Positions 47,147-57,157 of a DNA stretch of 64,000 bases are shown here, in pieces. The translations under genes and the position numbers were made by a program. The DNA is taken from positions 4,126,630 through 4,190,629 of the forward strand of contig OZ242381.1 in assembly GCA_965209095.1 (NCBI GenBank), in the 5' to 3' direction. Origin of the DNA: Candidatus Poribacteria bacterium. Lineage in GTDB: Bacteria > Poribacteria > WGA-4E > WGA-3G. A model generated the notes under the pieces. It was not told where the DNA came from. It saw nothing but the letters and a program-made list of their open reading frames with translations, and searched no databases. Numbering within the stretch: the first letter of the stretch is position 1; each line of letters opens with the position of its first letter.

Positions 47147-47653
47147 ATGCTATTTGATAAAAAACATTTATACGCAGTTACACTTACTATATTTTCAGTA
47201 TGTATTTTACTTACTGCTGGACTAATATCTGGTTGTGGAGATGAAGGTGATCCTCCTACAGAGATGGTCAACGGAAATGGTGATAAAACACCAGATCCCG
47301 ATCCTGATCCTACAGATCCTGTTGTTGATCCCGATCCTGATCCTGTTGATCCTCCTGCCCCTGGTGTAACCTTTAAGGATGATATTATGCCAATCCTTGC
47401 ACAAACTTGTGCCATTGCTAATTGCCATGACAATACTGCTCTAAAAGGACTAAATCTTACCACTTATGACAACTTCAAGAAAGGTGGCAATAGTGGTCCT
47501 GCCTTTGTAGCAGAGGATGCGGACAACAGTCTCGTTGTAAAGTATATTAAAGGAGAAGAGCAACCTCAAATGCCCATTGGTGGAAATCCACTAAATGCAG
47601 ACGAAATTCAGCTTTTTGTTGATTGGATCAATGCAGGTGCTGAAAATAATTAA
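47147..47653 (+). CDS. Lipoprotein with a Pro/Asp-rich linker and a PSCyt1-like cytochrome-c-type domain.
   Basis: The lipobox is LISGC. The linker reads PDPDPDPTDPVVDPDPDPVDPP. The domain reads CAIANCH...LKGLNL....KGGNSGPAFVAEDADNSLVVKYI.....MP.GGNPL...EIQLFVDWINAGA. Confidence 0.65.
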   Translation: MLFDKKHLYAVTLTIFSVCILLTAGLISGCGDEGDPPTEMVNGNGDKTPDPDPDPTDPVVDPDPDPVDPPAPGVTFKDDIMPILAQTCAIANCHDNTALKGLNLTTYDNFKKGGNSGPAFVAEDADNSLVVKYIKGEEQPQMPIGGNPLNADEIQLFVDWINAGAENN

Positions 47654-47975
47654 TTTTCGTCCTATCTCCATTTGTATGCGGGGTCTGTCTCTATGACAAA
47701 CCCCGCATTTTCATTGTAACACATCTATCAAACCAACATTCCAATATATCAATACATAATCATATCAACATTTCGTTCCTCAATCAACGATATTTATCTA
47801 ATTGAGGGATGTGCATAAATATTTGACGCATCAACACAACAGCGACAGACTTCTGGTGCAGCTTATTTATAAAAAGCAGAATGCGCCAAATCAACGGTAT
47901 GAATGGGTGTGTAAAGTATTTGTCACCATAGTCATCAATTTCTTGAAAGGACATTGCATTTTTGATCTTTGAAAA

Positions 47976-48033
47976 GGTACCGTTTGGTACGTTTTTTCGG
48001 ATTACGGTACGTTTTTGGTACGTTTTTGGTACG
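47976..48033. repeat. Array of five GGTAC(C)G(TTTTT) direct repeats with 10/20/11/11-bp spacing (helically phased). An extra copy lies at about 48108.
   Basis: Read directly: ggtaccgtttggtacgttttttcggattacggtacgtttttggtacgtttttggtacgg. Confidence 0.6.
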
Positions 48034-48594
48034 GTGCTGTGAGTCCAGTCTGTATATGGGTTTGTGAATGATTTTCGTGTATATTTCTGGAAATTTCAAT
48101 TTTTCGATTCGGTACGTTTTGTGATTTATGTTTTGGGTGTCCTGATATGTATTATTTAAGATATATAGACACCACATCATAATCCGATTGATCCGTGTGG
48201 TGTATTCTGATTCAGTCTGTTTTTCACTTCTATTGTCCTGCGTTAACATGATATTCTCTCTGCTGGTTTGGACCAATTCTATTCTTGAAATTGCTTTTTC
48301 TGTTGTAATGTATGAGGAGCAATGAATTGTGCGACTATGCCCCTATTGTCCTTCATGATATGTTCAGAACTTGTATAGAACAATCGTGATGTGCGAAATC
48401 ATGGTTATATCGTAAGATTTCTCTGACTGAGTTGCCTATTTGCGTTTCTAAACTTGCGTAGTTGAATTGGACATATCCACTAAACACATGTTAAGTATAC
48501 TATACATATATGTGATTGTCAAGTAAAAATAATAGAGAATCTATATTTTTTCAGATATTGTTGATAATCTTGAATTTCTATCGTATTGTTTCAA

Positions 48595-49557
48595 CGATTT
48601 AGACGTTGTTGCTTTAGAAAAAACACTCAGTGCATGGGCAGCTGATGTGTTCGCAGCTACGCAGGAAGACGATAAGAATGCGGTAGCAATAGATGGCAAA
48701 ACCTTATGTGGCAGTCTCACTCAAGATGCTCAAATCACACAGCTGTTATCTGTTGTGACACATCAACTCGGTATCACACTCACACAGCGACCTGTGTCTG
48801 ACAAAACGAATGAAATCCCTATTGCTTCACGCATCCTACAAGCGTTTGATGTCGCAGGCGAAGTGGTGACAACAGATGCATTGCTGACACAACGCGCGTT
48901 CTGTCAAGATTTATGTGATGCGGATGCGGATTATGTCATGCCTGTGAAAGAAAATCACCCGCTCTATTAGAAGATATTCGCGCCGTATTTGAAAGTGGAC
49001 ACTCGGACACCCGGACGTCACACCCCACAAAAACAAGTGAACAGATACATAAGGAACTCGGGGCACGGACAGATACTTGCACCACTGTTGAAAAAGACAA
49101 GGGTGGCTTCAAACGCGCACGATGACGACAAGCACAATCCTAATAGATACAGGATATGTGGACTGGCCGGGGCTTGCACAAGTTTACTAATATAAGAGAG
49201 AACGAAAACATGCCCGCACCGGAGAAAAGAGCACGATGACGCAATATGGCATAACAAGTCTAACGCCTGAGTGTGGGTCAGCAAAACGGATTCTAATGCT
49301 CCGTCGTGGGCATTGGGCGATAGAGAACCTATCGCACCGCACGCGGGATGTGCTCTTTGATGAGGATGCGTCTCAAGTCCGGTGTGGCAACATACCTCAG
49401 GTGATGTGTGCATTACGAAATGCAACCATTAGTCTATTGCGCACTTCTGGAAACACAGCCATAGCTTCTGCATTCCGCTATTTTGGAGCAAAACCTAAAG
49501 AAGCATTCACACTATTAGGAGCAAACATCTACAATTGAATGCTTCTGCTACCCGACC
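48595..49557 (+). pseudogene. Older ISAs1-family copy, 5'-truncated and frameshifted. Its probable degenerate right terminus lies at about 50937..50950.
   Basis: Fragments VAIDGKTLCGS...TDALLTQRAFCQD and MTQYGITSLTPE...RRGHWAIENLSHRTRD align with the middle and C-terminus of the intact transposase at 49696..50859. Frames are disrupted between them. Confidence 0.6.
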
Positions 49558-50874
49558 CAGGGTTATTTAGTTTTCGGTATTTTAGTCGTTTTTTATCACA
49601 AACGTTAATAATTTTAGATACGCAGAAATAGCGTGAAAAATCACGCTATTTCTGCTATACTTCACCTTAAAAATCTTAACCCTTTGAGGTGAAAAATGAC
49701 AGAGAATAACTCTCGCCACTTGTTAGATAGATTAGCAGAAATCGAAGACCCGCGCAACGAAAAAGGAAAACGACATCCGTTGAATTCAATCCTTGGCCTT
49801 AACATTATTGGTTTTATGACTGGACATAAAGGATATACATCCACCGCAAAGTGGGCACGATCTCAACCAGATCTCGTCCAAGCACTCGGTTTTACACACG
49901 AGAAATCACCTTGTTCCGCAACGATACATAATGTTCTAAAAATATTAGATGCGGATACTGTTGAAAAGACATTTACAAACTGGGTAGAAGATGTTTGTCC
50001 AAGTCGGTCTGATTTAGCAGGATGTCTTGACGCAGTCGCTATAGACGGTAAAACGATGCGTGCCTCCAAAAAAAGTGGTGCGGCAATAAGCCATTTACTC
50101 TCCGTTGTTTCTCATGAGTTAGGGGTTACCCTGACACAACAAGGTATCAGGGACAAAACCAACGAAATACCGATTTCAACAGAGATCCTCAAAAACTTTG
50201 ATGTGAGTGGTAAAGTCATCACAACAGATGCGCTTTTGACACAGAAAACTTTCTGCCAAGAAATCATAGAGGGTGATGGAGACTATGTGCTCCCTGTCAA
50301 AAACAACCACCCCGACCTTTGCGATGATATCCAAAAACTCTTTCAAGATGTTCCTGACACACCTTCACAAGACGCTACACATCCTCTATTGGGAGACCCT
50401 ATTGACACTCACGAGACTTATGAAAAATCACATGGTAGAATTGAGACAAGATGCCTAAAAGCAAGCACAAGTCTCAACGCATATCTGGACTGGCCAGGGA
50501 TAGAACAGGTGATCCAATATCGTTATATTCACGAAAACCCAAATACAGGAGAAGAAACAACCAAAGTCACCTATGGTATTACAAGTCTGACACCCGAAGC
50601 AGCTACTGCCGAACGCTTACTTGAACTACGCCGTGGGCATTGGTCTATAGAGAACAAATCGCATTGGATCCGAGATACTCAACTTGGAGAAGACGCATCG
50701 TCTGTCCGATGCGGTGCTATTCCGCAGGTTATGGCTGCTTTGCGAAATGCAGCATTAGCAGTATTGAGATTTGATGGCGTTACAAGTATAGCTGATAAAA
50801 TAAAATATTATGCTTCAAAACCTTTACTCGCAGTTAACTTGATAACTGAATGTTTTTAAAACTAAATAACCCTG
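49558..50874 (+). mobile_element. Intact ISAs1-family insertion sequence (1317 bp) with 15-bp terminal inverted repeats and a 9-bp target-site duplication.
   Basis: Left inverted repeat CAGGGTTATTTAGTT (49558..49572). Right inverted repeat AACTAAATAACCCTG (50860..50874). Direct repeat TACCCGACC at 49549..49557 and 50875..50883. Confidence 0.75.
49696..50859 (+). CDS. ISAs1-family (H-repeat-associated, DDE_Tnp_1-like) transposase.
   Basis: 387 aa. VAIDGKTMRAS, TTDALLTQK and RRGHWSIENKSHWIRD are characteristic ISAs1 transposase blocks. Confidence 0.8.
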   Translation: MTENNSRHLLDRLAEIEDPRNEKGKRHPLNSILGLNIIGFMTGHKGYTSTAKWARSQPDLVQALGFTHEKSPCSATIHNVLKILDADTVEKTFTNWVEDVCPSRSDLAGCLDAVAIDGKTMRASKKSGAAISHLLSVVSHELGVTLTQQGIRDKTNEIPISTEILKNFDVSGKVITTDALLTQKTFCQEIIEGDGDYVLPVKNNHPDLCDDIQKLFQDVPDTPSQDATHPLLGDPIDTHETYEKSHGRIETRCLKASTSLNAYLDWPGIEQVIQYRYIHENPNTGEETTKVTYGITSLTPEAATAERLLELRRGHWSIENKSHWIRDTQLGEDASSVRCGAIPQVMAALRNAALAVLRFDGVTSIADKIKYYASKPLLAVNLITECF

Positions 50875-50959
50875 TACCCGACCTACAACACTTCATAAAT
50901 ATGAACAAATGTGATAAAATACAACCAAAATACCTAAAACTAAATAGTCCCGTGAGAAA

Positions 50960-51060
50960 GGGGTGAGTAAGTTTTTGGTATCAATTTCCAGAGTGCTTAC
51001 AAAGCACCAAATCAACAAGACCAATGCTAATTAGCATTCCCCGTCTACGAATATCCGATG
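50960..51060. repeat. Degenerate family-1 MITE fragment (GGGTGAGTAAGTTTTTGGTA ... ccaaatcaacaagaccaatgctaattagcatt).
   Basis: Shares the terminal motif and the internal ccaaatcaac motif with the copy at 60358..60545. Confidence 0.4.
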
Positions 51061-51278
51061 CACAATGAATTGCTCAACTACAAACACTTGTCTTGGTAAT
51101 GAAAGACTATATTAATGGTAAAACTATTGATTTATGACAGTTCTTGATAATTGAATGTACAATAAAAAAGGCACACATGGTTAGCGTGCCTAAAGGAGTA
51201 TTGTTGACTAAATTACAGTTTACGTTTAAGGTAGGTGTGCTATATGTTCAGACTAAATAATTCAACCTCTTGAGTCTG

Positions 51279-51662
51279 TTATATTTGTTTCTGGATTGCA
51301 TAAGCACTTACATCAACTCTTTCGGATAATTTCTTTTGTGTGGATGTGAGTTCTGTAGATTCACCATCTATTGCTTCAATATCAGTACTATTTTTCCCAG
51401 TTGTATCTTTGTTCTCTGTATCATTAAATTCTATGTAATGGATTTCCTCATGGTCTGTATCAGATGTTTCATCAATGTGTTGGGTTTCTACTTTTTGATT
51501 GTTGTCATATATTTCTACAGTAGACATCATAAATTGAAACCATACAAAACATCCGATTGTAAAAATCATTATGAAAATTGATCCACCGACAATCCAGTTT
51601 TCTATTGAAAAATCTTTTAACATGGTGTTCTCCCTATTGTCCGTTGTTCGTCCAGTCATCAC
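51279..51662 (-). CDS. Small single-pass membrane protein with an acidic C-terminal tail, downstream of the first ECF-fusion gene.
   Basis: One TM helix (IVGGSIFIMIFTIGCFVWF) followed by a D/E/T-rich tail. The start is uncertain (MLKDFS... possible). Confidence 0.4.
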   Translation of the reverse strand: MMTGRTTDNRENTMLKDFSIENWIVGGSIFIMIFTIGCFVWFQFMMSTVEIYDNNQKVETQHIDETSDTDHEEIHYIEFNDTENKDTTGKNSTDIEAIDGESTELTSTQKKLSERVDVSAYAIQKQI

Positions 51663-51974
51663 TGGGAGTGAAACTCTTTATTCTCTCTCGGTTAATCGTT
51701 AGACATATCAATCACTTATGTGTTCACAATATGTATATCAAATTAGTTGAAAGTTACAATCAATTCTTTCAGACTTTTTGTGTCTCTGTAATTAAAGAGA
51801 CATATCTTGGGAAAAAGGTTGCACTTTTTTACTAAAATATACAAATAAAGAGGAAAAAAGTTGCATATTGGTGGATATTTATTTCAATTTACGTGTTTTT
51901 GCTATCTGATGAACGTGGATAAATAAGATTCAGAGCAGAAAGGTAGACTACTGTTTTGTATATACTTGAAAGAA

Positions 51975-53822
51975 TTAATCAGAGAAACGAAGTTCTTCAT
52001 CAGGAATTGGTATGTTAAATTCTGCCTTATCTACTTGCATTTGGAAAAATTGTCCTGACATTTCGGTTTCAGGATCATAACCTACACCGTAAGTTGCAGA
52101 TTTTGGAAACCAAATTTCTGGAGTAAACTGTTCAATGTTAAATGTATGTTTAATTCGACTAATTACTTCTTCAGGTTCTAAGAGGATACGTTTTCCATCA
52201 GGACCCACGAGTACTGCTCGAGACATACCCTTTGAGGTTTTTAAACTTTGAGTTGGTCTATATCCTTTCGCCGGATCTATCCATATCTGTTGAATAGCAG
52301 AATTGTCTTTGCCATGAATTCGTTGTAAGGTAATTAAGTATTGAGGAACTTTATTGACCATAACCTGCTCTACTTTTATGGGATTATAATAATTCCGGGT
52401 TAGGAAAGTAAAACTAAATATGCTCGGATGCCATCCCCAACTGAGTGGACTATAATCATATATGAATATTGATTTATCCACTGGTTTTGGATGCTGTACC
52501 CATAACTCATCCTCATTTTTCTCTCTTATCAACATCTCTTTTTTAGCAATCTGAAACTGGTAGTGTTTTTCTTCCCAATCTGGAAGTAGAAAACCAACGA
52601 AATCCATCTTCCGACGAAATTTGACATCATACAAATGACGTGTTCCTTGAAAAGTATAGGTTATCTGGTAAATTCCTACTTCTTCATATTTGGCTTTTTC
52701 ATCTACCGGTTTTTGCAGTAAGAAATTCAGAAAACGGATGAATAGGTTCTTCTGTGTTTTAGGTGGCACATAATCATTCTGCTTAATTTGAAATTCGATT
52801 TTCCCACTTTGCAATTTACCATTATATGCAATTACTTCTTTCGTGATTTTTTCCAAAAGATCAGCCGATTCTTTGGATAGAACTACATCTGACGGTGGTG
52901 CTTGAACTGTGGCATCTGTCCTATCATCCTCTTGATTTCCCACACCATTTGTATTACCATCTTCATCTGATTGACCTAACTGATTACGTTTATCTGGTTC
53001 CTCTTTTAAATCCAGGAATAGATCAGTATCAACTAATTCAACCGTAGTCTCTGATGTAGAATCCAAACTATACGGTTTCTGATAACTTCTTAGATTCTGT
53101 GCACCAATCACTATCAGCAAGACAAAAATAATGGCTGATGCAGCTGATATTGCTAACGGTATAAAAGGTCTATTGACCGATGGTGTTATTGGAATTATAC
53201 GGTTTACCTCTTTCAGGATGTTTTCTGTCATTTGTGTCGGTAGTTGGAAACTATTCAAGTTTTCTTGAATCATTGCTTCTTCCTTCTTTAATCGGTTACG
53301 AGCACGGTGGAGTCGACTCCGTACCGTATTGGGAGACATTCCCAAAAACTTACCAATCTCTTCACAGGACATTTCTGCGATATAATACAGATTTACGACA
53401 GTGCGGTCACTCTCTTGCAGTGTACTGAGCAACTTCTGAACGGCTGTACGTCGTTTTTCTTTTGCCGCATCTTCGCGTTGTTGAGTCATATATTCTGAAT
53501 AGCATACCTCCTCTAATTCAACGGGATCTGTCGCTTCTAACGATTGCGGTTGTGGTGATTTCTTTCGGTGCCACGCAATACATTTACGGTTGGTAATCAC
53601 ATAGAGCCATCCCGCGAAACGATTATGGTCTGTGAGCGTAGAGAGCTTTTGGAATGCTGTAAAGAACGCATCCTGTGTAATCTCTTGAGCAATGTGGAAA
53701 TCACCAATTTTCTGCCAGGCTAACGCGTGTACCTGTTTTTGGTATTTTTCCACAAGTGCAGCAAACGCTTTCTGGTCACCCTCTAAAGTTTGTTGAATCA
53801 GGTCAGAGTCATCGTAAGTCAT
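51975..53822 (-). CDS. ECF sigma factor fused through one TM helix to an extracytoplasmic domain of about 370 aa (paralog 1; no BNR repeats).
   Basis: Sigma70 region 2 (DLIQQTLEGDQKAFAALVEKYQKQVHALAW...WLYVITNRK) and region 4 (EMSCEEIGKFLGMSPNTVRSRLHRARNRL). A TM helix follows at about residue 240 (FIPLAISAASAIIFVLLIVIGA). Start set at MTYDDSD; the ORF track gives 53888. Confidence 0.75.
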   Translation of the reverse strand: MTYDDSDLIQQTLEGDQKAFAALVEKYQKQVHALAWQKIGDFHIAQEITQDAFFTAFQKLSTLTDHNRFAGWLYVITNRKCIAWHRKKSPQPQSLEATDPVELEEVCYSEYMTQQREDAAKEKRRTAVQKLLSTLQESDRTVVNLYYIAEMSCEEIGKFLGMSPNTVRSRLHRARNRLKKEEAMIQENLNSFQLPTQMTENILKEVNRIIPITPSVNRPFIPLAISAASAIIFVLLIVIGAQNLRSYQKPYSLDSTSETTVELVDTDLFLDLKEEPDKRNQLGQSDEDGNTNGVGNQEDDRTDATVQAPPSDVVLSKESADLLEKITKEVIAYNGKLQSGKIEFQIKQNDYVPPKTQKNLFIRFLNFLLQKPVDEKAKYEEVGIYQITYTFQGTRHLYDVKFRRKMDFVGFLLPDWEEKHYQFQIAKKEMLIREKNEDELWVQHPKPVDKSIFIYDYSPLSWGWHPSIFSFTFLTRNYYNPIKVEQVMVNKVPQYLITLQRIHGKDNSAIQQIWIDPAKGYRPTQSLKTSKGMSRAVLVGPDGKRILLEPEEVISRIKHTFNIEQFTPEIWFPKSATYGVGYDPETEMSGQFFQMQVDKAEFNIPIPDEELRFSD

Positions 53823-54017
53823 CTGATACCTCAATAACGAATTAGTCTTTTTAATATATAGACGCGATTTTGAGGAAAAGAATTGCATTTTTTTGAAAAA
53901 AGCGTATTCTCAAAGAAATGTATGGGTTTTAGTTCAGAGAAGTCAGAAGTTGTATGTAGGGTAGTATGAAATGGTATTACATACCAGGTAGGTGAATATT
54001 GAACTATTTATTATTCA

Positions 54018-54160
54018 AACCCAAGTTGCTACCTATAAGTTTTAAGACCTGGAAAGACCTTTTTTAATGAAAAAACTGATAATTAGCCAATATTTTGTAG
54101 CGTAAACTTCCAGTTTGCGCCTCTTATGACACAATCTGGCAGATTGTGCTACAAGGTAGC
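54018..54160. repeat. Family-2 MITE-like element (143 bp) between ECF-fusion genes 1 and 2.
   Basis: Ends AACCCAAGTTGCTACCTATAAG and CTACAAGGTAGCAACTTGAGTT, with the internal cacaatctggcagattgtg palindrome. Confidence 0.6.
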
Positions 54161-54168
54161 AACTTGAG

Positions 54169-57060
54169 TTATTCAAGTCGAATCTTATACACGCCGCTAC
54201 CGTAAGTGCCAGCGTAAATAAAACCGTCAACTACTGCTAAGGATGAAACCTGTTTGTGAAGAGAACCAATCGACTTCCAATGCTGTTTTTCCTCTATCCA
54301 TTGGAAAACACTTGTAGGTGTGCTGACATACACCTCAGTCCCATCTGTTCCTATTGATGTAGCAGATGTTTCATCCAGACCCTCGTTGATGGTTATCCAT
54401 GTATTGCCTCCATCCTTGGAACGAAATACCCCGTTGTTCCAAAAGCTTGCATATAAGGTTGTATCGACCCACTTGAGATCAGACAAACCGTCATCAATCA
54501 TATCTGTTATGTGAATAGGTTCCCAACGGTGTTCTTTAAAACGGTAGATTTCATTGCCCGCGGTGCCATGAATTCCTGTAACCGCAATCACACTCTCTTT
54601 GTTGGCAGACAACATCGAGATTTCGCGATGTTGTTCCAAGCCAAGTTTGGTAAGACCCATTTTCTGATCCCACCGGAAGACCCCACTTGACCATGTGCCC
54701 ATATAAAAGGTATTGCCAACTACATCCATACTTCGAATTCCATACATGTCCCTATCTGTGAAAAGTTCGACCAAAGTGTTATTTTCTCTATTCAACGTAT
54801 AGACACTATCTCCCTCACGACCAGAATAAGGAGGAATATATTTATCATTACCAAAGTAAGCACCAATGTAGAGCTCTCCATTTGAAACACAAATGGATTC
54901 AACACCACATTTGCCCTGATTTAAAGGATCGTTTACAGGCAACCATGTATCTCCACCGTCGGCTGAATAGACAAGCTTGCTACCAACAACGGTGTATAGT
55001 TTATCACCAATTATCTCTAATTTGCTTACATCTGTATTTATTATGCCAGTGCTGCATTCTACCCAAGAATCCCCTGCATCTGTTGTGCGAAAGACTCCAT
55101 TGTCCGATGTGCCTACAAAAACAGTATTATCATTGATTGGTAACAATGTTAAAACATCATCATACATGACTCCATCATTGATTGATATCCAGGAATCACC
55201 CATATCATTCGAAAGATAGATCAAACCGTCAGAAGTGCCGGCATATAGCCTCTCACCTTGTACGGTAATTGTCTGAACGTCATCACCTTCTTCTCCTACT
55301 TTTTCTGGGGTGATGAGCGTCCATGTGTCGCCTCCGTCATTTGAACGGAAGAGCCCAGATTCTTTGCCTATACTTCCACTCAAAAAAAGTAAATGTTTCA
55401 TAGAAGCTAACGACTCAACATATAAATCATAAGAAGAATCTTGCTTAGGTGAAGGATTTGATTTTGGTTTATCTTTCGAATTATTTTCCGATTCAACCCC
55501 ATCTGAATGCACAATGACAGTTGGGTTGACTGGTGTCCACGAGTCGTCATTTTCCATTCTACGAAAGAGCCCCTTTTTTGTTGCAACGACTAGTAGTGCT
55601 GTACCAACACTTGCGAGTTTAAAAACCGGCATCGGGTTTAGGGCAAAGGGTCTAACAATAGGCGAGTTGCTATCTAAGAGACGCCCATGTAACATAATTC
55701 CGAGTCCCTCATTGATTTGTACCCATGAATTACCATCTGACTGCCAAACACCTGAGAGATGTGTACTAACATAGATGTGGTCACCATGAATCACAATATC
55801 AGTGATTATTGCAGGTGCTTTGAAAGCAGATACAGGTTGCCAGGTGTTGCCAATATCAGTAGAAATGTATAATGCCTCCCCCGTGCTAACATAGATCATA
55901 TCCCCCATTTCTGCGATTGCAGTAACTACCATGGGGGACCTACTTGGGTGGGTGTGTAATCCAGTATTAACAGGTGTCCAACTATTTCCATGATCTGTGG
56001 AGCGGAAAACTCCTGCCCCATCTGTCCCCGCAAGAAGCACGCCATTAGAGGTGTTATAAAGCGTAGTTATCTTGCCACCGTAAGGGCCATTCGTCTGTCT
56101 CCATCTGCCTTTAAACTTGCTGCTTTCTGCACCATCTGATTGTGCTGCTGCAGGCAGTGATGTATCCGGTTCCTGATCTGTTCCATCATTTTTACTGAGT
56201 ACATCAGAACGACTAACCTGATTGATTATTGCAGGTTTGGCAGGGGATTCAAAGACTACTCGTGTGTCAACGATTTCAATCGTTGGTTTTGATGTTGCCT
56301 CTATACTATACGGTTTCTGAAACCGAATTATATTTTGCGCACCAAAACCTATCAGTAAAACAACTAAAATGGTTGATGCAGCAGAAACTGCTAAAGGTAC
56401 TAAAGGTTTACTTCCTGATGGCGTTACTGGGTTGAGCCGTGATATTTCCTTCCTGATGTTTTCTGTCAATTGTGTTGGCAGTTGGAAACTGCTAAGATTT
56501 TCTTGTATCATTGCTTCCTCCTTCTTTAACCGCTCTCTGGCTCGGTGAAGTCGACTCCGTACCGTATTGGGAGACATTCCCAAAAACTTGCCAATCTCTT
56601 CACAGGACATTTCAGCGAGGTAATAGAGACTCATCACTGTACGGTCACTTTCCTGTAGCTTGCTGAGCAATTTATGGACAATTGTTCGGTGTTTTTCTTT
56701 TGCTGCTTCTTCACGTTGTTCGGTCATATATTCTGAATAATATACCTCTTCCAACTCAACTGGATTTGTATCATCAATTGATTGCGTTTCAAGTTTTTTC
56801 TTCCGATGCCACGCAATGCACTTTCGATTCGTAACGACATAAAGCCATCCTGCAAATTGTTTGTAGTGTGTGAGGGTCGAGAATTTTTGATAGGCAGTGA
56901 TGAAAACATCTTGCGTAATTTCTTGTGCGATGTGAAAATCACCAATTTTCTGCCACGCAAGGGTGTGTACCTGCTCTTGGTATTTTTCTACAAGTTGGGC
57001 AAAAGCGTGTTGATCACCTTCTAATGTGCGTTGAATTAGTTCAGCATCATCGTTTTTCAT
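54169..57060 (-). CDS. ECF sigma factor, TM helix and periplasmic BNR/Asp-box beta-propeller fusion (paralog 2, 963 aa).
   Basis: The N-terminal sigma regions 2 and 4 are as in paralog 1. The TM helix is LVPLAVSAASTILVVLLIGFGA. There are at least seven S-x-D-x-G-x-[ST]-W Asp-box motifs (STDHGNSW, STDIGNTW, SNDGGDTW, SNDMGDSW, TTDAGDSW, SADGGDTW, SKDGGNTW). Confidence 0.8.
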   Translation of the reverse strand: MKNDDAELIQRTLEGDQHAFAQLVEKYQEQVHTLAWQKIGDFHIAQEITQDVFITAYQKFSTLTHYKQFAGWLYVVTNRKCIAWHRKKKLETQSIDDTNPVELEEVYYSEYMTEQREEAAKEKHRTIVHKLLSKLQESDRTVMSLYYLAEMSCEEIGKFLGMSPNTVRSRLHRARERLKKEEAMIQENLSSFQLPTQLTENIRKEISRLNPVTPSGSKPLVPLAVSAASTILVVLLIGFGAQNIIRFQKPYSIEATSKPTIEIVDTRVVFESPAKPAIINQVSRSDVLSKNDGTDQEPDTSLPAAAQSDGAESSKFKGRWRQTNGPYGGKITTLYNTSNGVLLAGTDGAGVFRSTDHGNSWTPVNTGLHTHPSRSPMVVTAIAEMGDMIYVSTGEALYISTDIGNTWQPVSAFKAPAIITDIVIHGDHIYVSTHLSGVWQSDGNSWVQINEGLGIMLHGRLLDSNSPIVRPFALNPMPVFKLASVGTALLVVATKKGLFRRMENDDSWTPVNPTVIVHSDGVESENNSKDKPKSNPSPKQDSSYDLYVESLASMKHLLFLSGSIGKESGLFRSNDGGDTWTLITPEKVGEEGDDVQTITVQGERLYAGTSDGLIYLSNDMGDSWISINDGVMYDDVLTLLPINDNTVFVGTSDNGVFRTTDAGDSWVECSTGIINTDVSKLEIIGDKLYTVVGSKLVYSADGGDTWLPVNDPLNQGKCGVESICVSNGELYIGAYFGNDKYIPPYSGREGDSVYTLNRENNTLVELFTDRDMYGIRSMDVVGNTFYMGTWSSGVFRWDQKMGLTKLGLEQHREISMLSANKESVIAVTGIHGTAGNEIYRFKEHRWEPIHITDMIDDGLSDLKWVDTTLYASFWNNGVFRSKDGGNTWITINEGLDETSATSIGTDGTEVYVSTPTSVFQWIEEKQHWKSIGSLHKQVSSLAVVDGFIYAGTYGSGVYKIRLE

Positions 57061-57121
57061 TGGACACCTTCATACAGAAAAATAGAAATGCAATTACAAA
57101 TAATAGACTCTCTATAATTAA

Positions 57122-57157
57122 AAACGCGATTTTATGGTATAGAATTGCACATTTTTG
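57122..57157 (-). promoter_or_regulatory. Candidate ECF-type promoter for paralog 2. On the coding strand it reads TGTGCAATTCT-N13-AAAATCGCGTTT. A near-identical motif lies upstream of paralog 1 at about 53861..53895.
   Basis: Coding-strand sequences: paralog 2 attttttcaaaaatgtgcaattctataccataaaatcgcgttt; paralog 1 ttttttcaaaaaaatgcaattcttttcctcaaaatcgcgtct. ECF promoters typically pair an AA-containing -35 with a CGTC-containing -10. Confidence 0.4.

Noticed and set aside
47935-48276. 113-aa lysine-rich minus-strand ORF
   Set aside because: It spans the GGTACG repeat array and AT-rich non-coding sequence. Its composition is basic and low-complexity, and it is probably not a gene.
48989-49425. 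ORFs 48989..49195(+) and 49018..49425(-)
   Set aside because: They lie inside the frameshifted ISAs1 remnant and are out-of-frame or antisense readings of transposase-derived sequence.
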